A stretch of 64,000 bases of DNA from a virus (IMGVR_UViG_3300047557_002497:1414-65413), one strand, 5' to 3'. Counted from the stretch's first letter, positions 47,001 through 56,515 are shown. The notes: a model not told the origin generated them from the letters alone. Numbers and translations: made by a program.

Positions 47001-47180
47001 ATCAGCATAGCTAGTCAAAGTCGCCAGAATACCAGCGCCACCGATAACGAACAAAGCTCTCTTCATGAGGAAAATTCCTCTAGTAGCTTCGTTCGCAGCT
47101 TTACCAATATCATCAATACGGCGTTTCACAACGACCGCACCATTTTCTACAAATCTAATGACTACGTTTTCAGTGACCAT
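44001..47180 (-). CDS. tape measure protein
   Basis: 1059 aa, Ala-rich; QLGQGLASDRLSGDELRSVLEQ motif. Confidence 0.95.
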   Translation of the reverse strand: MVTENVVIRFVENGAVVVKRRIDDIGKAANEATRGIFLMKRALFVIGGAGILATLTSYADALTNMENRLRLTTTSAANLQQVQNALFESANRSRSAIESTADIYSRIALSARQLGVSQQQVINVTETLQKAAVLSGASAQEANAALVQLGQGLASDRLSGDELRSVLEQLPYVADILVDYLNKTQQFGNVSRGTLRELGREGKLTADIIFKAIEASQSGVDALFAQTQPTIESAFLIARNNLKKFIDDFDDATGASAAIASAIIAISQNIDVLIVGLGLVAAGFAASFGAAVLGRIGSYVDMVTRAGLAISRFYNIQVVGAARSLANAAATRVDTAAQLENMTIAGSRASVVLASAQAEYASATAAFANGRARDLQTGQYIANQAARDRLSAATIRLYQAEAIEQGIASRTTAIRGQLIAAETAEAAATTRLAGAKAAASGFTARFAATFPLLTGAIRLATGAMWMFTASLLANPITAIITAITLAIGAIYLFRDSIIEFNGVSASLGSIFLVVMQRIWGAIQAVWNIFVGLVSAVTTGFSNMIQAAATFFTDQVNKLNNWLSNWGITIGNILGFIKSFINTTIGLFVGLINAIGPIVTQGIPAAFALAMALAKNIVIDAINFIVQKVAFAIGTIAEIMASLPGVDDNLGVDTFFAISKAGDLSALKTDTAQLTENLANAGGAIADAFGNAQVDYVGRFGDSLVNLKDKAVGAVTDIFTEASALDNAPAGDSGINSLIPGGPGAPGAGAGGGGGANSADFGAELEKLKEKIELEKQYGIQKEINNNIDQISSALKRDLSAAEQQQVAAATIALEVAKAQGSILESILGPQDQLKIGQEALNQLFAQGVITMGQYNEKLREMQINADRAAGSIGGGFRAAIASSIQSAGQFGEAVGGVIVNAANSAADAIVEFAKTGQLNLRQLFADLFAQLLKLAAQRLLLGFLGGLLGIPGGFGLGGLGGFAGGGSILPTGPGSTDTQVVAFNKRPDERVDILTPGQQADQRKTQNQGGQNQVVKPEVKLTNINVVDPSIVGQFLTSPEGNQVLINEIQKSGILNGRG

Positions 47181-47653
47181 TAGATGTCGCCTCCCTCATC
47201 TTCATTATCAGTGAAGATTCTAAAATTTCTTAGATTCGCAGAAACTTGTGCAGAGACAACTTCCATCGTTCCGCCCAATAAGGCAACATCTATATGATCC
47301 GAGTTATTTGATATGTAGAGAGAAGTCTTAAGTCCAGCACCAGAAACACCGCGAAGAGAATCTATTCTAGCATTTCCAGCATCAATGGTTGCTCTAGCAT
47401 TTGAAGTTTCAGAAATTCCCTGTCCATTTCCTTTGCTACGCTTAGGATATGGAACATATGGTCTGATGACAGATTTTGTTGGATTTCCTACACCAACTCT
47501 CCAGTTCGATCTCGCTTCTCCAGTATCAACTTTTGTGTTATAGACAAGAGTCTTCAAAGCGACCTTAGCTGAAGATCGCACCATCTTAGAGGAGGCATTA
47601 ATGACTTGCCTTCCTCTTTTGAACATATTCCTTGAAAACTGTAGAGTTGGCAT
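47180..47653 (-). CDS. neck/tail completion protein (HK97 gp10-like)
   Basis: TKVDTGEARSNW...YISN. Confidence 0.75.
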   Translation of the reverse strand: MPTLQFSRNMFKRGRQVINASSKMVRSSAKVALKTLVYNTKVDTGEARSNWRVGVGNPTKSVIRPYVPYPKRSKGNGQGISETSNARATIDAGNARIDSLRGVSGAGLKTSLYISNNSDHIDVALLGGTMEVVSAQVSANLRNFRIFTDNEDEGGDI

Positions 47654-47654
47654 T

Positions 47655-47969
47655 TCAATTCTTCGATTGTTTGCTTTTCATGAACACTTCATCAAGAGCT
47701 GAAATGTGGAAATGAAGGGCTTCTCTTTGGTCATCATCCACTTCAAGTCTGTCACAGAAATCTTCTATCTTATCCCACGGAATAGGACCTACGGAAAATC
47801 CTATTTGCCTTGAAGAGTTCAACCGTAGAAAACCTAGATAGTATAGCTCCAAACCCGGCAAAAGACTAGGGGCATTTTCTATGCTCGCAGGCAAAGGCAG
47901 TCCATTGATAATGGACTGCCTGATAATTGTTTCTTCAGTGAGACCGTGCTTGAGAGCATACTCAAGCAC
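47655..47969 (-). CDS. tail assembly chaperone C-terminal extension (-1 frameshift product)
   Basis: Reached via the slippery site; F..L.SSRQIG..GPIPW. Confidence 0.75.
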   Translation of the reverse strand: MLEYALKHGLTEETIIRQSIINGLPLPASIENAPSLLPGLELYYLGFLRLNSSRQIGFSVGPIPWDKIEDFCDRLEVDDDQREALHFHISALDEVFMKSKQSKN

Positions 47970-47974
47970 GGAGA

Positions 47975-48403
47975 TTAGTTTCCCGACTCTTCTTCCAACT
48001 CAGCTTTGCGGAAGTTCGAGATTTGCTGAGCTTGCTCTTGAAGGTCGATAAAAAGATTGGGAAGATCGTTCAATGCTTGGCTGATATTCTCCTTGGTGAC
48101 GGGGAGAACGTCACCAGTTTTGGATTCAATGCCTTTTTTCCACTTGTCGTCTTCTTTAACTTCCCAATCAAGGATAATAGTTTTGACATAGATGTCAATC
48201 ATAACGATGCGAGAACGCTCAGGGCTAAGAGCTCCAGCAGCCATTGCGCGACGAATCGGTTTCAGAGCTTTGTCAGCATATGTGACATACTTCTTGTTAC
48301 CTTGAGTCGCACCAGCAATTCTCACACGAAAATCACCGTAATCGATCCAAATGCCATCATTCTCAAGATCAGCATCAGTATCGAAGACATCATACATTCC
48401 CAT
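47975..48403 (-). CDS. tail assembly chaperone
   Basis: Lies between tail tube and tape measure; ends in the slippery site. Confidence 0.8.
   Translation of the reverse strand: MGMYDVFDTDADLENDGIWIDYGDFRVRIAGATQGNKKYVTYADKALKPIRRAMAAGALSPERSRIVMIDIYVKTIILDWEVKEDDKWKKGIESKTGDVLPVTKENISQALNDLPNLFIDLQEQAQQISNFRKAELEEESGN
47978..47984 (-). other. programmed -1 frameshift site G GGA AAC
   Basis: X XXY YYZ heptamer just before the chaperone stop; the -1 frame reads KLISVLEYA into 47655..47969. Confidence 0.8.
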
Positions 48404-48438
48404 TATTCATTCTCCTGTTTTAGGGAAACTGACGCTGC

Positions 48439-50004
48439 TCACATAGCAGCGTCAGGCAGATAGTTGAAGTAAGTGATGCAGAGAGTATGATCAAGATCTT
48501 CGTGGATATCTTCACCACTTGCTGCATCAGTGTTCAGAGGAATCGTAATCGGTTGATCAACTTCAACTTTCAAACGACCATCTCCAAGAGCGATCAAAGG
48601 CATATCATAGACAATGCCAGTGTTGTCTTTTGCGAAGGAGATGTCAAGACTGACATCACCATTGTTGCGGACTTGTTGAACTGCTGCAACCGACGAGAAG
48701 TATGCTGTCAAACTTCCAGAAACAGCAAAGGTCCCAGCAGTCACATCAAATGCACCGAGAATTCCAATCGCCTTATTTGGGCTGACATTGTTGTTGATGG
48801 TGATTTTCAGTTCAGTGATATAACGAGTGAGAGAAGTCGGTGCCTCAGTCGTGTCATCAACAGAAGACAGATTGAAACGAACAACATCACTCGAAGTGTT
48901 GTATTCAGAAGCAGCATCAAAGATTTGAACACTGGATTGTTTCGGACCAGTAGGACCATCTCTCTGAATGTTATCAATCCCAATGAAAGCGAGGTCAACG
49001 TTCACAAGGTTCGCTTGAGGAACGTTGATTGTCAATTCATTACCGACTGCTCCAATCAGAACTTCTGATTGAATTTGAGTAGGTTGAGAATCATCAGGAG
49101 CACCAAGAGTTCTCTCAATGTTGTAAGAGCGACGAACAATGAGATCACCAGTTTCGTTGCGAAGAACATCACCAAAGAACAGCCTGATGAACTTCCCAGA
49201 GGCAGCAGCTTCTACAACCATCGTAGACGTGGATTTGTCGAATACGATCTGAGTTGCAGAAACACTACGAACTCTCTTATATCCATTGTTCGCAGTGTTT
49301 GCAAAACGAGAAGAAGTTGTATCACCACCAATGAAAACCCATTGGCCGGGAACAATTCCAAGGTTCGAAAAGTTTACCAAGGCTCCAACAGAAGACATTA
49401 CTGGCAAATCACCAGAAACAACGATTTGTGCATCTGCGTCAGCGAACTGGAAACCAACAACTTGAATCTCAGCATCTGCAGGAGGAGAAGCTTCTGCTGT
49501 CAACTGGCCAGTAGCAACTTCAACAGAAGTGTTGCTGACAATAGCAGTAACGACATTCAAACCATTGTTTGCAGAATTGGTGAAATTCTTGCCTTTGATG
49601 ATCGAACCAGCAATGAAACCAGTCGTGCTGGCAACTTCGTATTCATCAGGGTTGCCGCCATCAATATCAACAGCAGTGACAGTTTCACGACCTTTTTCTC
49701 TGATATCAGCGAACATGAAGCTCTGCATGATATCTGTCAAGTTCGTGAATGTGAGGTTGTGGTTGAAGCCACCGCTCGCATTCAAATCCGTGGTCACACC
49801 TTTACGGCGTTGACGAGAAGGATTGATCGGGTTCGGTGCAACCGTGACGATTTCACCGCCGAAATCATCATAGCTGTTCGGATTGAGACGTTTCCAAACA
49901 GGAGTGCCACCAAAGCCGTTTTCGCCAGGAAGTGAGCCAAGAGCAGCTTCTTCAGCATACGCAAGGCCGGTGATATTTGAATCAATTTTCGGAACTTGTG
50001 CCAT
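48439..50004 (-). CDS. major tail tube protein
   Basis: IDSNITGLAYAEE, PINPSRQRRKG, GTFAVSGSLTAYF. Confidence 0.85.
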   Translation of the reverse strand: MAQVPKIDSNITGLAYAEEAALGSLPGENGFGGTPVWKRLNPNSYDDFGGEIVTVAPNPINPSRQRRKGVTTDLNASGGFNHNLTFTNLTDIMQSFMFADIREKGRETVTAVDIDGGNPDEYEVASTTGFIAGSIIKGKNFTNSANNGLNVVTAIVSNTSVEVATGQLTAEASPPADAEIQVVGFQFADADAQIVVSGDLPVMSSVGALVNFSNLGIVPGQWVFIGGDTTSSRFANTANNGYKRVRSVSATQIVFDKSTSTMVVEAAASGKFIRLFFGDVLRNETGDLIVRRSYNIERTLGAPDDSQPTQIQSEVLIGAVGNELTINVPQANLVNVDLAFIGIDNIQRDGPTGPKQSSVQIFDAASEYNTSSDVVRFNLSSVDDTTEAPTSLTRYITELKITINNNVSPNKAIGILGAFDVTAGTFAVSGSLTAYFSSVAAVQQVRNNGDVSLDISFAKDNTGIVYDMPLIALGDGRLKVEVDQPITIPLNTDAASGEDIHEDLDHTLCITYFNYLPDAAM

Positions 50005-50013
50005 CTCGGCCTC

Positions 50014-50436
50014 CTACTTGGTTTCGCTATACTCGAATTCAATGATTACGTCCGTTTGGAAATAACCACCATCTCTTCCTTTTTCGCTGATTCTAATATT
50101 CCTGAACCAAATCCCGTTTTGAGAAGAGACACCTTCAAAAGCGTCTGATATAGCTTTAGCAATTCCATAAGGTCCTGACAAGCCACTTCCAGTCGGAAAA
50201 TTCAGAGTCGCAATAAGAACTCCATATCTCATGAAGATTCTTTGACCAGCGCCGCCTAGTGTCGCTTGATTTCCAAAGGCGTGCCTTAGAACAACTTGGA
50301 TAAATGCAATTTCTTCATCAGGACGATCCTTCCTTGTATTCTCATAGAATACAGGATACTCATACTGATCTGTAACCTCTTTGAGCATTGACAGAACTTC
50401 GTCAACTGCTTCTTCATATGTGAGAGTGAGACTCAT
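50014..50436 (-). CDS. tail terminator
   Basis: Position; YEN...G...FPTGSG...WFRN...FEY. Confidence 0.7.
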   Translation of the reverse strand: MSLTLTYEEAVDEVLSMLKEVTDQYEYPVFYENTRKDRPDEEIAFIQVVLRHAFGNQATLGGAGQRIFMRYGVLIATLNFPTGSGLSGPYGIAKAISDAFEGVSSQNGIWFRNIRISEKGRDGGYFQTDVIIEFEYSETK

Positions 50437-50831
50437 TTTCTCACTCCAATAAATCCTAGCAGAGTTGTGTCTGCTGGCTTCAATGATTGGGTTGCTTCTA
50501 TTTGATAAATGCTATTTCCATCACGAACTTTAGTGAAGCTTTTCAGATCAAGTTCTTCAGCAAAAATAACATAGACTAATTCAACGACAGAAAACATTTG
50601 ATCCAGTTTGCCAGCATCACCAAGAGCTGAAAGCCCAAAGACACGAACAGCATTAGGAAGAACTTGGATTGCCGGAACTTCTGTGTAAGTTTCTCCACCA
50701 GACGCATTCTGTCCCCAAGGCATAGAGGACAATTCTGTCTGTGTCGCAAGACGGACAAGTTCTATCGTTCGTCCATTTTCTGTAATTAGACGTCGAGCCG
50801 TATTTGCGATTGTTTCGTAGTTAATCGCCAT
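50433..50831 (-). CDS. head closure protein
   Basis: Y......ARRLI...GR..LKP; position. Confidence 0.65.
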   Translation of the reverse strand: MAINYETIANTARRLITENGRTIELVRLATQTELSSMPWGQNASGGETYTEVPAIQVLPNAVRVFGLSALGDAGKLDQMFSVVELVYVIFAEELDLKSFTKVRDGNSIYQIEATQSLKPADTTLLGFIGVRK

Positions 50832-51718
50832 TAACGATATGTTCCTCCATTTTCATGGATGAATTCTTTCATCAAGAGCTCAACCTCTGGGAACATTTTG
50901 AAGATCAACGAAATTCCACCAGATGAGTATCTGTATTCAGTCTCAACTGGACCGACCTTTTCACGAGCAAGAGTTTTCACATATCCAGTATCATCAACAA
51001 CAGGATCAGGAAGTAATACAGTTGTCAACGAACGATATGCAAGTTCCATCGTCGCAAATTTCAGATTTTCAGGAATTCCTAATATTTGGGTTCCATCACG
51101 ATAGTAGGCAAGGTCTCTTGGGAAACACAGAGACTGTATTCCATCATCAGTGTCATTGACCAAAATACTACTGTCCCAGGACAGATTTGAAGAGGTCGTT
51201 GAGACTTCGATTGGCTCAGGCAAGGCACCGGCAACCAGTGCCACCACGCCAAGCAAAAAGGACCCGGTTAGACTGTCAGAGGACGCTACAGACACATCAG
51301 GATTGGCGGGCGTGCCATTGGGGCCACCGGCTATAATGGCCACTAGCGCGGCTCCTGTGGCCGCAATGTTGGCACCGATTGTAACCTCATATGGGTTCGT
51401 TGCAGCGGTTTTGAAGACGTAAACTGTTTCTCCAATTGTGAGAGTTTCATCTTCAACAGGAAGCCCAATAACAGACAGAAGTGCTGATCCTGGGATGGAC
51501 AGATTGTTGTAGAGTTTGAAGCCTTTCAAAGATCTTCCAAATCTTAGATCAAGATATCTCGTTGATCCAATCATTGCAGCTTTCTTCTGAGGAGTTGTCT
51601 TTGCAACCCACTCAGTGAGAACGCCTTTCGCATTCATGTAAGAATGTGCATATCCATATCCAACATATGAATTCGCACCAATGACACCAGTGCCATCTTC
51701 AACAATGAGAGTCATCAA
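50831..51718 (-). CDS. head-tail adaptor (DnaT-like family) with internal inserted domain
   Basis: VEDGTG...ANSY, QSLCFPR, EKVGPVETEY motifs split by a ~120-aa insert. Confidence 0.75.
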   Translation of the reverse strand: MMTLIVEDGTGVIGANSYVGYGYAHSYMNAKGVLTEWVAKTTPQKKAAMIGSTRYLDLRFGRSLKGFKLYNNLSIPGSALLSVIGLPVEDETLTIGETVYVFKTAATNPYEVTIGANIAATGAALVAIIAGGPNGTPANPDVSVASSDSLTGSFLLGVVALVAGALPEPIEVSTTSSNLSWDSSILVNDTDDGIQSLCFPRDLAYYRDGTQILGIPENLKFATMELAYRSLTTVLLPDPVVDDTGYVKTLAREKVGPVETEYRYSSGGISLIFKMFPEVELLMKEFIHENGGTYR

Positions 51719-52044
51719 CCCTCTCCAATTTTTGAAAGAATTCCAAGCCCAACATCGACAAGAACTTCAAAATCGAGTTCAGGAGTAAGGGTCACACCGC
51801 GTTCAATCCATCCAACAAGCATACGATCATTCGCTGCTAAAAGTGGAGTTTGGATTGTTCTTCCAGAGAACGTCATCGCAGTTGTTCCAGCAGCACAGCC
51901 AGAAACACTCCTAACATAGATTCTTCCATTTGCAGGCATTGCAAATGATCCAGTTGCTGGAGTTGTTCTGAGAGTATCGAATTGTTTGGTAAGACGACGA
52001 ATCTTTTGATTTTTGAGGGTGATTATATCTTGCAGGGAAGCCAT
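51715..52044 (-). CDS. putative virion protein
   Basis: In structural operon; GAGGG RBS. Confidence 0.55.
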   Translation of the reverse strand: MASLQDIITLKNQKIRRLTKQFDTLRTTPATGSFAMPANGRIYVRSVSGCAAGTTAMTFSGRTIQTPLLAANDRMLVGWIERGVTLTPELDFEVLVDVGLGILSKIGEG

Positions 52045-52072
52045 AGAATCACCCTCTCAATTCAAACAGAAA

Positions 52073-52735
52073 TCAGGTCTTCTGTCCAGGACGGCCAGTG
52101 CCACGATCTGTTTTTCTCGACATAGCACGATCAATCGGCGAACGAGGATCGAGCTTGATGAGATCAGAAAGTTTGGCTCCACCAAGGATATTCTGGAGAT
52201 GAGCGGCTTTTGCCATTCTCATTTGGAAGTTGTTGTCAAGATAATCACGAATTGCCTGAGAATTCGAAACATCCTTCACAAGACGCTGAACCCAGACTTT
52301 CGTCTCACCTTTGTTCACTCGAACAGCTTTTCTGTATTCATTCAGATCATTGATTTTCTTGTCAATCATCTGAATGGAATCTTCGAGATATTTCTCAATC
52401 CCAACCAATTCGTCAGGCGTTGCCGCTGAAAGAACTTTCTTGGCGAAAATCGAGACATCAACTCCGATAAGCTCTGAGAGGTCCATGGGGACTGGTTCCT
52501 CGTCAGGCACGCTTTCAGCAGCAACAGTCGCATCACCGTCAGGTTCTGGTTTCTTCTCTTCCTTGGAAGTATCCATATTCTCACGGCTGAATTTCGGTGC
52601 AGCATCAACGACTTCTGCACGACTGACTTGTTTCCCAACGAGATTTGAGACAACCTCAAGTTTGGGAGAGCCATCTTTTGTCCACTGCTCGTCGTCCATT
52701 TGATCGAGCGACATAAGTGCTTCTTTGATATCCAT
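52073..52735 (-). CDS. head-module hypothetical protein
   Basis: WTKDGSPKL...VSRAEV..AAP.FSR. Confidence 0.65.
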   Translation of the reverse strand: MDIKEALMSLDQMDDEQWTKDGSPKLEVVSNLVGKQVSRAEVVDAAPKFSRENMDTSKEEKKPEPDGDATVAAESVPDEEPVPMDLSELIGVDVSIFAKKVLSAATPDELVGIEKYLEDSIQMIDKKINDLNEYRKAVRVNKGETKVWVQRLVKDVSNSQAIRDYLDNNFQMRMAKAAHLQNILGGAKLSDLIKLDPRSPIDRAMSRKTDRGTGRPGQKT

Positions 52736-52756
52736 TTCAGCCTCTCATTGGTTGGA

Positions 52757-52776
52757 GGTGAGCCTTTCGGCTCACC
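52757..52776 (-). terminator. hairpin GGTGAGCC-GAAA-GGCTCACC
   Basis: GNRA-loop stem right after the 52779 stop. Confidence 0.5.
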
Positions 52777-52778
52777 CA

Positions 52779-53291
52779 TTAATCGTCAAGCATCGTGATG
52801 AGGCAAACTTCAAGATAACCACGAGCCGTGACAATAACAGTCGTCGCGTCCGTGATGTTCGCAGCATCAACAAGCAAGTTCAAATTCAATTCAAGAGAAC
52901 CGTCAGTGTTGTCGAGAACGAAGTCCACTCCGTTAGCGACAACTTTCGTGGGCGAAACTTCTGCAGTAGCAGCACCGAGAGCAGTGCTCGCGATGAAGTT
53001 CACATCTGTTCCAGTGATCGTAGCATCATCGGCAGGAGTTGATCCAACACCGAAGTCACCGTCCCAGGTATCAGTCAGGTTGGTTGTGGTCGGACCAGTA
53101 AAGGTCACGATGACAGCAGCCGACAAAAGCTTGAGATAAGCCTGAGGAAGACCACCGACAACAACACTCCCGAAACCAATACCAGCACCAGCAGCAACGA
53201 CAGAAATCTGATGGTCAAGTTTGATACGAACTTTCTTGATTGCAGAATTCTCAGCTTTTGCTCGCGCGTTTGAACGAGGAAGTCCCTTCAT
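52779..53291 (-). CDS. virion structural (head decoration-like) protein
   Basis: MKGLPRS start with GGAGG RBS; beta-rich; follows MCP. Confidence 0.7.
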   Translation of the reverse strand: MKGLPRSNARAKAENSAIKKVRIKLDHQISVVAAGAGIGFGSVVVGGLPQAYLKLLSAAVIVTFTGPTTTNLTDTWDGDFGVGSTPADDATITGTDVNFIASTALGAATAEVSPTKVVANGVDFVLDNTDGSLELNLNLLVDAANITDATTVIVTARGYLEVCLITMLDD

Positions 53292-53311
53292 TTCTTTGCC
53301 TCCAAGTTGGA

Positions 53312-53333
53312 GAAAGGAGCCGAAGCTCCTTTC
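53312..53333 (-). terminator. terminator GAAAGGAGC-TTCG-GCTCCTTTC
   Basis: UUCG hairpin right after the MCP stop. Confidence 0.65.
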
Positions 53334-53335
53334 AA

Positions 53336-54403
53336 TTAAGCTTCGCGAGTGACGAGACGAGCAAACTTGATTTGCTTCCGCTCGGGGTAACGACGATCCC
53401 AAGAAGCAGCTTCATCAAGGTCCGAACTGCCAGTGCCAGTGTTCGCGGGGCCACCATCAGGAGTGGAGCCACCGATCCAGGCATGACCAGTCGGGTGCAT
53501 ACACCACATTTGGCGCGAGTAGAGAACGTCTTGTCCACCACCGTTACCACCACCAGCTTTCCGCTCAACTTCTGTCGGAACAGGATCAGACCCAAACGAG
53601 AACTGAGTTGCACCAACACCAAAGATCCAGGTGTCATAGACAGAACCAGTGCGCGGCATACCGTCATCAACCAGAAGCTCACGACCGAGGAAAGTCGGAA
53701 TACGAATTGCATTCCCGTTCACACTGTCAGAAACGAAGTCGATCAGGTTGTTCTTGAGCATACGGTTGTAAACGACCGAATGCACACAGAGGCCAGTCAG
53801 CTCATCTTGACTGTCGCCCATCGTTTGGACTGCATCAAGGAAAGCTTCTGCGGAGAAGTTCGTCACGCCGTCAATGAAGCCAGCACCAGAAACGTTGAGC
53901 TGATAATCAGCCGAATCGTTTGCAGTATTGTCCGCGATCACACCCTTCCAGGTGGAAATGAACGCAGTCTGCAGACGACGAACCCAATAATCAGAGACAA
54001 GGTTGCCGATCGCACGCATCGGATCAGCACCAGCCAGAACTGCTGCGAGTCGAGAAGTCGACCACGAGTTGTTGCGCATGATGCGAACAGCAATTTCCGA
54101 CAGAGTTCCGATTTTCAGCGGGTTCGGGGGACGAGCCACACCAGCAGGCAGAGAAGCGTCTGCATCAGCGAAAGGCACCGAAGTGTCAGTCGGGGTGCGA
54201 TCAGTGTCGTTGTCCAGATCTTTGAACGACGGCATGTTGAAGGTGAGGCCACCACCAGCGAGTTTCTCTGCGAGAAGTTCCGAGCCAGTCAGAAGACCGC
54301 TGCGAATCAAGCGAGATTTTTCCGCAGTGAGATTCTGCGCATAGGCGGTGAAGATTTCAGGGACAATGATGTCCGCAATACGGGTAGTCGGTCCAGCAGC
54401 CAT
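53336..54403 (-). CDS. major capsid protein
   Basis: TRIADIIVPEIF, ADPMRAIG, VHSVVY..M.K, GG.DVLYSR...HP.G. Confidence 0.9.
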   Translation of the reverse strand: MAAGPTTRIADIIVPEIFTAYAQNLTAEKSRLIRSGLLTGSELLAEKLAGGGLTFNMPSFKDLDNDTDRTPTDTSVPFADADASLPAGVARPPNPLKIGTLSEIAVRIMRNNSWSTSRLAAVLAGADPMRAIGNLVSDYWVRRLQTAFISTWKGVIADNTANDSADYQLNVSGAGFIDGVTNFSAEAFLDAVQTMGDSQDELTGLCVHSVVYNRMLKNNLIDFVSDSVNGNAIRIPTFLGRELLVDDGMPRTGSVYDTWIFGVGATQFSFGSDPVPTEVERKAGGGNGGGQDVLYSRQMWCMHPTGHAWIGGSTPDGGPANTGTGSSDLDEAASWDRRYPERKQIKFARLVTREA

Positions 54404-54524
54404 GACAAAATTCCTTTCGGGATTGAGGGGATTTGCGAACCCATGCTCGCTGATGAATTAGACAGCCATGCCGTCAAAATTATGGATTATGATTAACAAC
54501 ATTTAAAAAAGAAGACAATAGAAA

Positions 54525-54554
54525 TTTGTGACGAAATGTTACTTTCGTCACAAA
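54525..54554. terminator. hairpin TTTGTGACGAAA-N6-TTTCGTCACAAA
   Basis: 12-bp inverted repeat after the 54560 stop. Confidence 0.55.
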
Positions 54555-54559
54555 CTATT

Positions 54560-54940
54560 TCAAACGTCGTCAAAGCAAGAGATTGTAACAGTTGACAAAC
54601 CATCAACGTCAACTGTTACAGGGCTAATAAAGAAACCTTGAGCAACAATTGCATCGAATGCATTCACCATATAATTCGCTGCAAAGTTAATGCTTTGGCC
54701 TTGAGTGTTATCAGCAGTCAAACGAACTTTTGTCTGTTTGGCAATAGCTGCTGAATCAACATAACCGCGAATTTGATCGAGGACCCAAGCCGTGCGTTGG
54801 GGTCCTGTCCAGACTGACCAATCGCCTTCAGAGATATCTGGCCGAAATACCATTCCGGTCGTGTTCGCCCGCATCTGTGCAGCCGTGTAGTCGAACGGCT
54901 GCAATTGTCTTGCTTTGTTGGGAGCTTTAGCCATTTTCAT
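54560..54940 (-). CDS. hypothetical protein (fibre cassette)
   Basis: AAGGA RBS; follows the fibre gene. Confidence 0.65.
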   Translation of the reverse strand: MKMAKAPNKARQLQPFDYTAAQMRANTTGMVFRPDISEGDWSVWTGPQRTAWVLDQIRGYVDSAAIAKQTKVRLTADNTQGQSINFAANYMVNAFDAIVAQGFFISPVTVDVDGLSTVTISCFDDV

Positions 54941-54953
54941 GATCCTTTAAATT

Positions 54954-56225
54954 TTATGGAACCGATTGCACTGACATCAAAATGTAAGGGGCTGCAGCGT
55001 TAGCTACGAGGTCCGAACTCGTGAAATTATAAGAGGAAGGAGCGCCGCTGGCATAAGTAACCCCGGTTCTACGAAGGACCCCGACGTTCTGTTGCTGACT
55101 AGAGGCAATAATATAGCATCCTGCGAGGGGAGTATGCTGGATTGAACTTGTGCCAAGCTCAAGTATACCGACCCAATATTGGGTCCCTCCAACAAACTGG
55201 AAGTCCCCAGCGTCTTTTCCTAGTGTAGTATTTCCTCCAGCAGGGACCGATAAACCAGTGCTCTCGTAGAGCTTTGTGGCTGGCAAACCATCGGCGCCAC
55301 ACGAATACACAACAAATTTGACTTCCGATCCGTCCACTCCAGACGAGCGGCGAACCGCGAAGTTATCAACTGTAAAGGTTCTTCCCGGCACAAAAGGAAC
55401 GAGATCAAGTCTGTCAGTCGCCATTGCGACAGCACTTGGGTTAGATGCAGCAGCGCCTGTGGCAAAAAATTGCCCGACAATAGCAGGCGCACGATAGCCA
55501 ATCGTTAAATCTCCAGCACCTACAATAGAGAGTGCATTAATTGTCTTGATATTAGAACCACTAGAGAGAGTATCTTGCTTTCCACTGACTACACTAGTCA
55601 AATCATTGATAAGCTTCTCAATCTTACCGAATGCTGCTAATATCGTATCAGTTGGAGAAAGAGCAGCTGCGACACCTGCTACAGCATAACCTGCGATCTG
55701 TGTTGCAAGAACTCTAGCAGTTGTGAAATACTTATTTATCGTTCCTTCAACTACGTCATCTGTAGTTCCGGGAGCAGCTTGAATTTCAACATAGACAGAG
55801 CCAGACCAGCGATAGACTGCATTATCATCCAGTGTAACATAGAGTTTGCCAGTTTCTCCAGTAACTGGAAGTGCTGCGAAATTAGCAACTTCAATAACTT
55901 CATCGACTGAACCTGGAAGATAGATCGCAGGAATAAGCCCAGAAACTAGAGGAGCATATCCATTAGATGCACCTTTGTTTGCGACGTCTTCTGGTGTGAA
56001 ACCAAGCGAATTCTGCTTTCCGTCTAAAGCTCCCTGCAAACCGTCAACATCATCAATGACATGATCATGGTCTTCAGGAGGAAACTCTGTTGGTTTATTC
56101 TGCAGAGTATTCCAATCTGCGTCACCAGTTGATTCTGCTGGAAATACTATTTCAAGATCATGAATAATTCTTTCAGCAGTTTGCATTGAAAGAGTTGTAT
56201 TCAAAAATTCTCTAACAATTTTCAC
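54954..56225 (-). CDS. fibre-like virion protein
   Basis: H.HVIDDVDGLQGALDGKQ, NKGASNGYAPL, LPVTGETGKLY, TDDVVEG.INKYFT..R, KQDTL.SG.NIKTIN shaft motifs. Confidence 0.75.
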   Translation of the reverse strand: MKIVREFLNTTLSMQTAERIIHDLEIVFPAESTGDADWNTLQNKPTEFPPEDHDHVIDDVDGLQGALDGKQNSLGFTPEDVANKGASNGYAPLVSGLIPAIYLPGSVDEVIEVANFAALPVTGETGKLYVTLDDNAVYRWSGSVYVEIQAAPGTTDDVVEGTINKYFTTARVLATQIAGYAVAGVAAALSPTDTILAAFGKIEKLINDLTSVVSGKQDTLSSGSNIKTINALSIVGAGDLTIGYRAPAIVGQFFATGAAASNPSAVAMATDRLDLVPFVPGRTFTVDNFAVRRSSGVDGSEVKFVVYSCGADGLPATKLYESTGLSVPAGGNTTLGKDAGDFQFVGGTQYWVGILELGTSSIQHTPLAGCYIIASSQQQNVGVLRRTGVTYASGAPSSYNFTSSDLVANAAAPYILMSVQSVP

Positions 56226-56515
56226 TAGCTGATTCCTTCTTCCAAAATGACAAGTTGTGTCGGAGAAGAATAGGATTCATCACCAATGGTAAATCTTATA
56301 TCAGTCTGATAATTTCCAACTTCATAATCAGTTGTGTCAAAAACAGAAATCACAGTAAAATCATCAGGTCTTTGAATTGTTCCAACTAACTCAGTTGTTG
56401 ATTTTTTGAAAATGCTTCTGATCGTGTAACCAGAAATATCAATAGCATTTCCATCGTCATCAAAAAGACGATCCCTGATCTTTATCGTATCGCCGATTTT
56501 GAATGTTCTTTGCAT
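56225..56515 (-). CDS. BppU-like Ig-fold protein
   Basis: K.GDT...DDDGNAIDISGYTI...G.YQTDI. Confidence 0.6.
   Translation of the reverse strand: MQRTFKIGDTIKIRDRLFDDDGNAIDISGYTIRSIFKKSTTELVGTIQRPDDFTVISVFDTTDYEVGNYQTDIRFTIGDESYSSPTQLVILEEGIS

Noticed and set aside
47978-47984. Tail chaperone frameshift as a novelty
   Set aside because: Real, but a well-known conserved feature of long-tailed phages.
53240-54496. 418-aa plus-strand ORF, and similar ones such as 49069..49935, 58088..58792, 4066..4785 and 23916..24518
   Set aside because: Antisense shadows of well-supported minus-strand genes, with no recognisable motifs.
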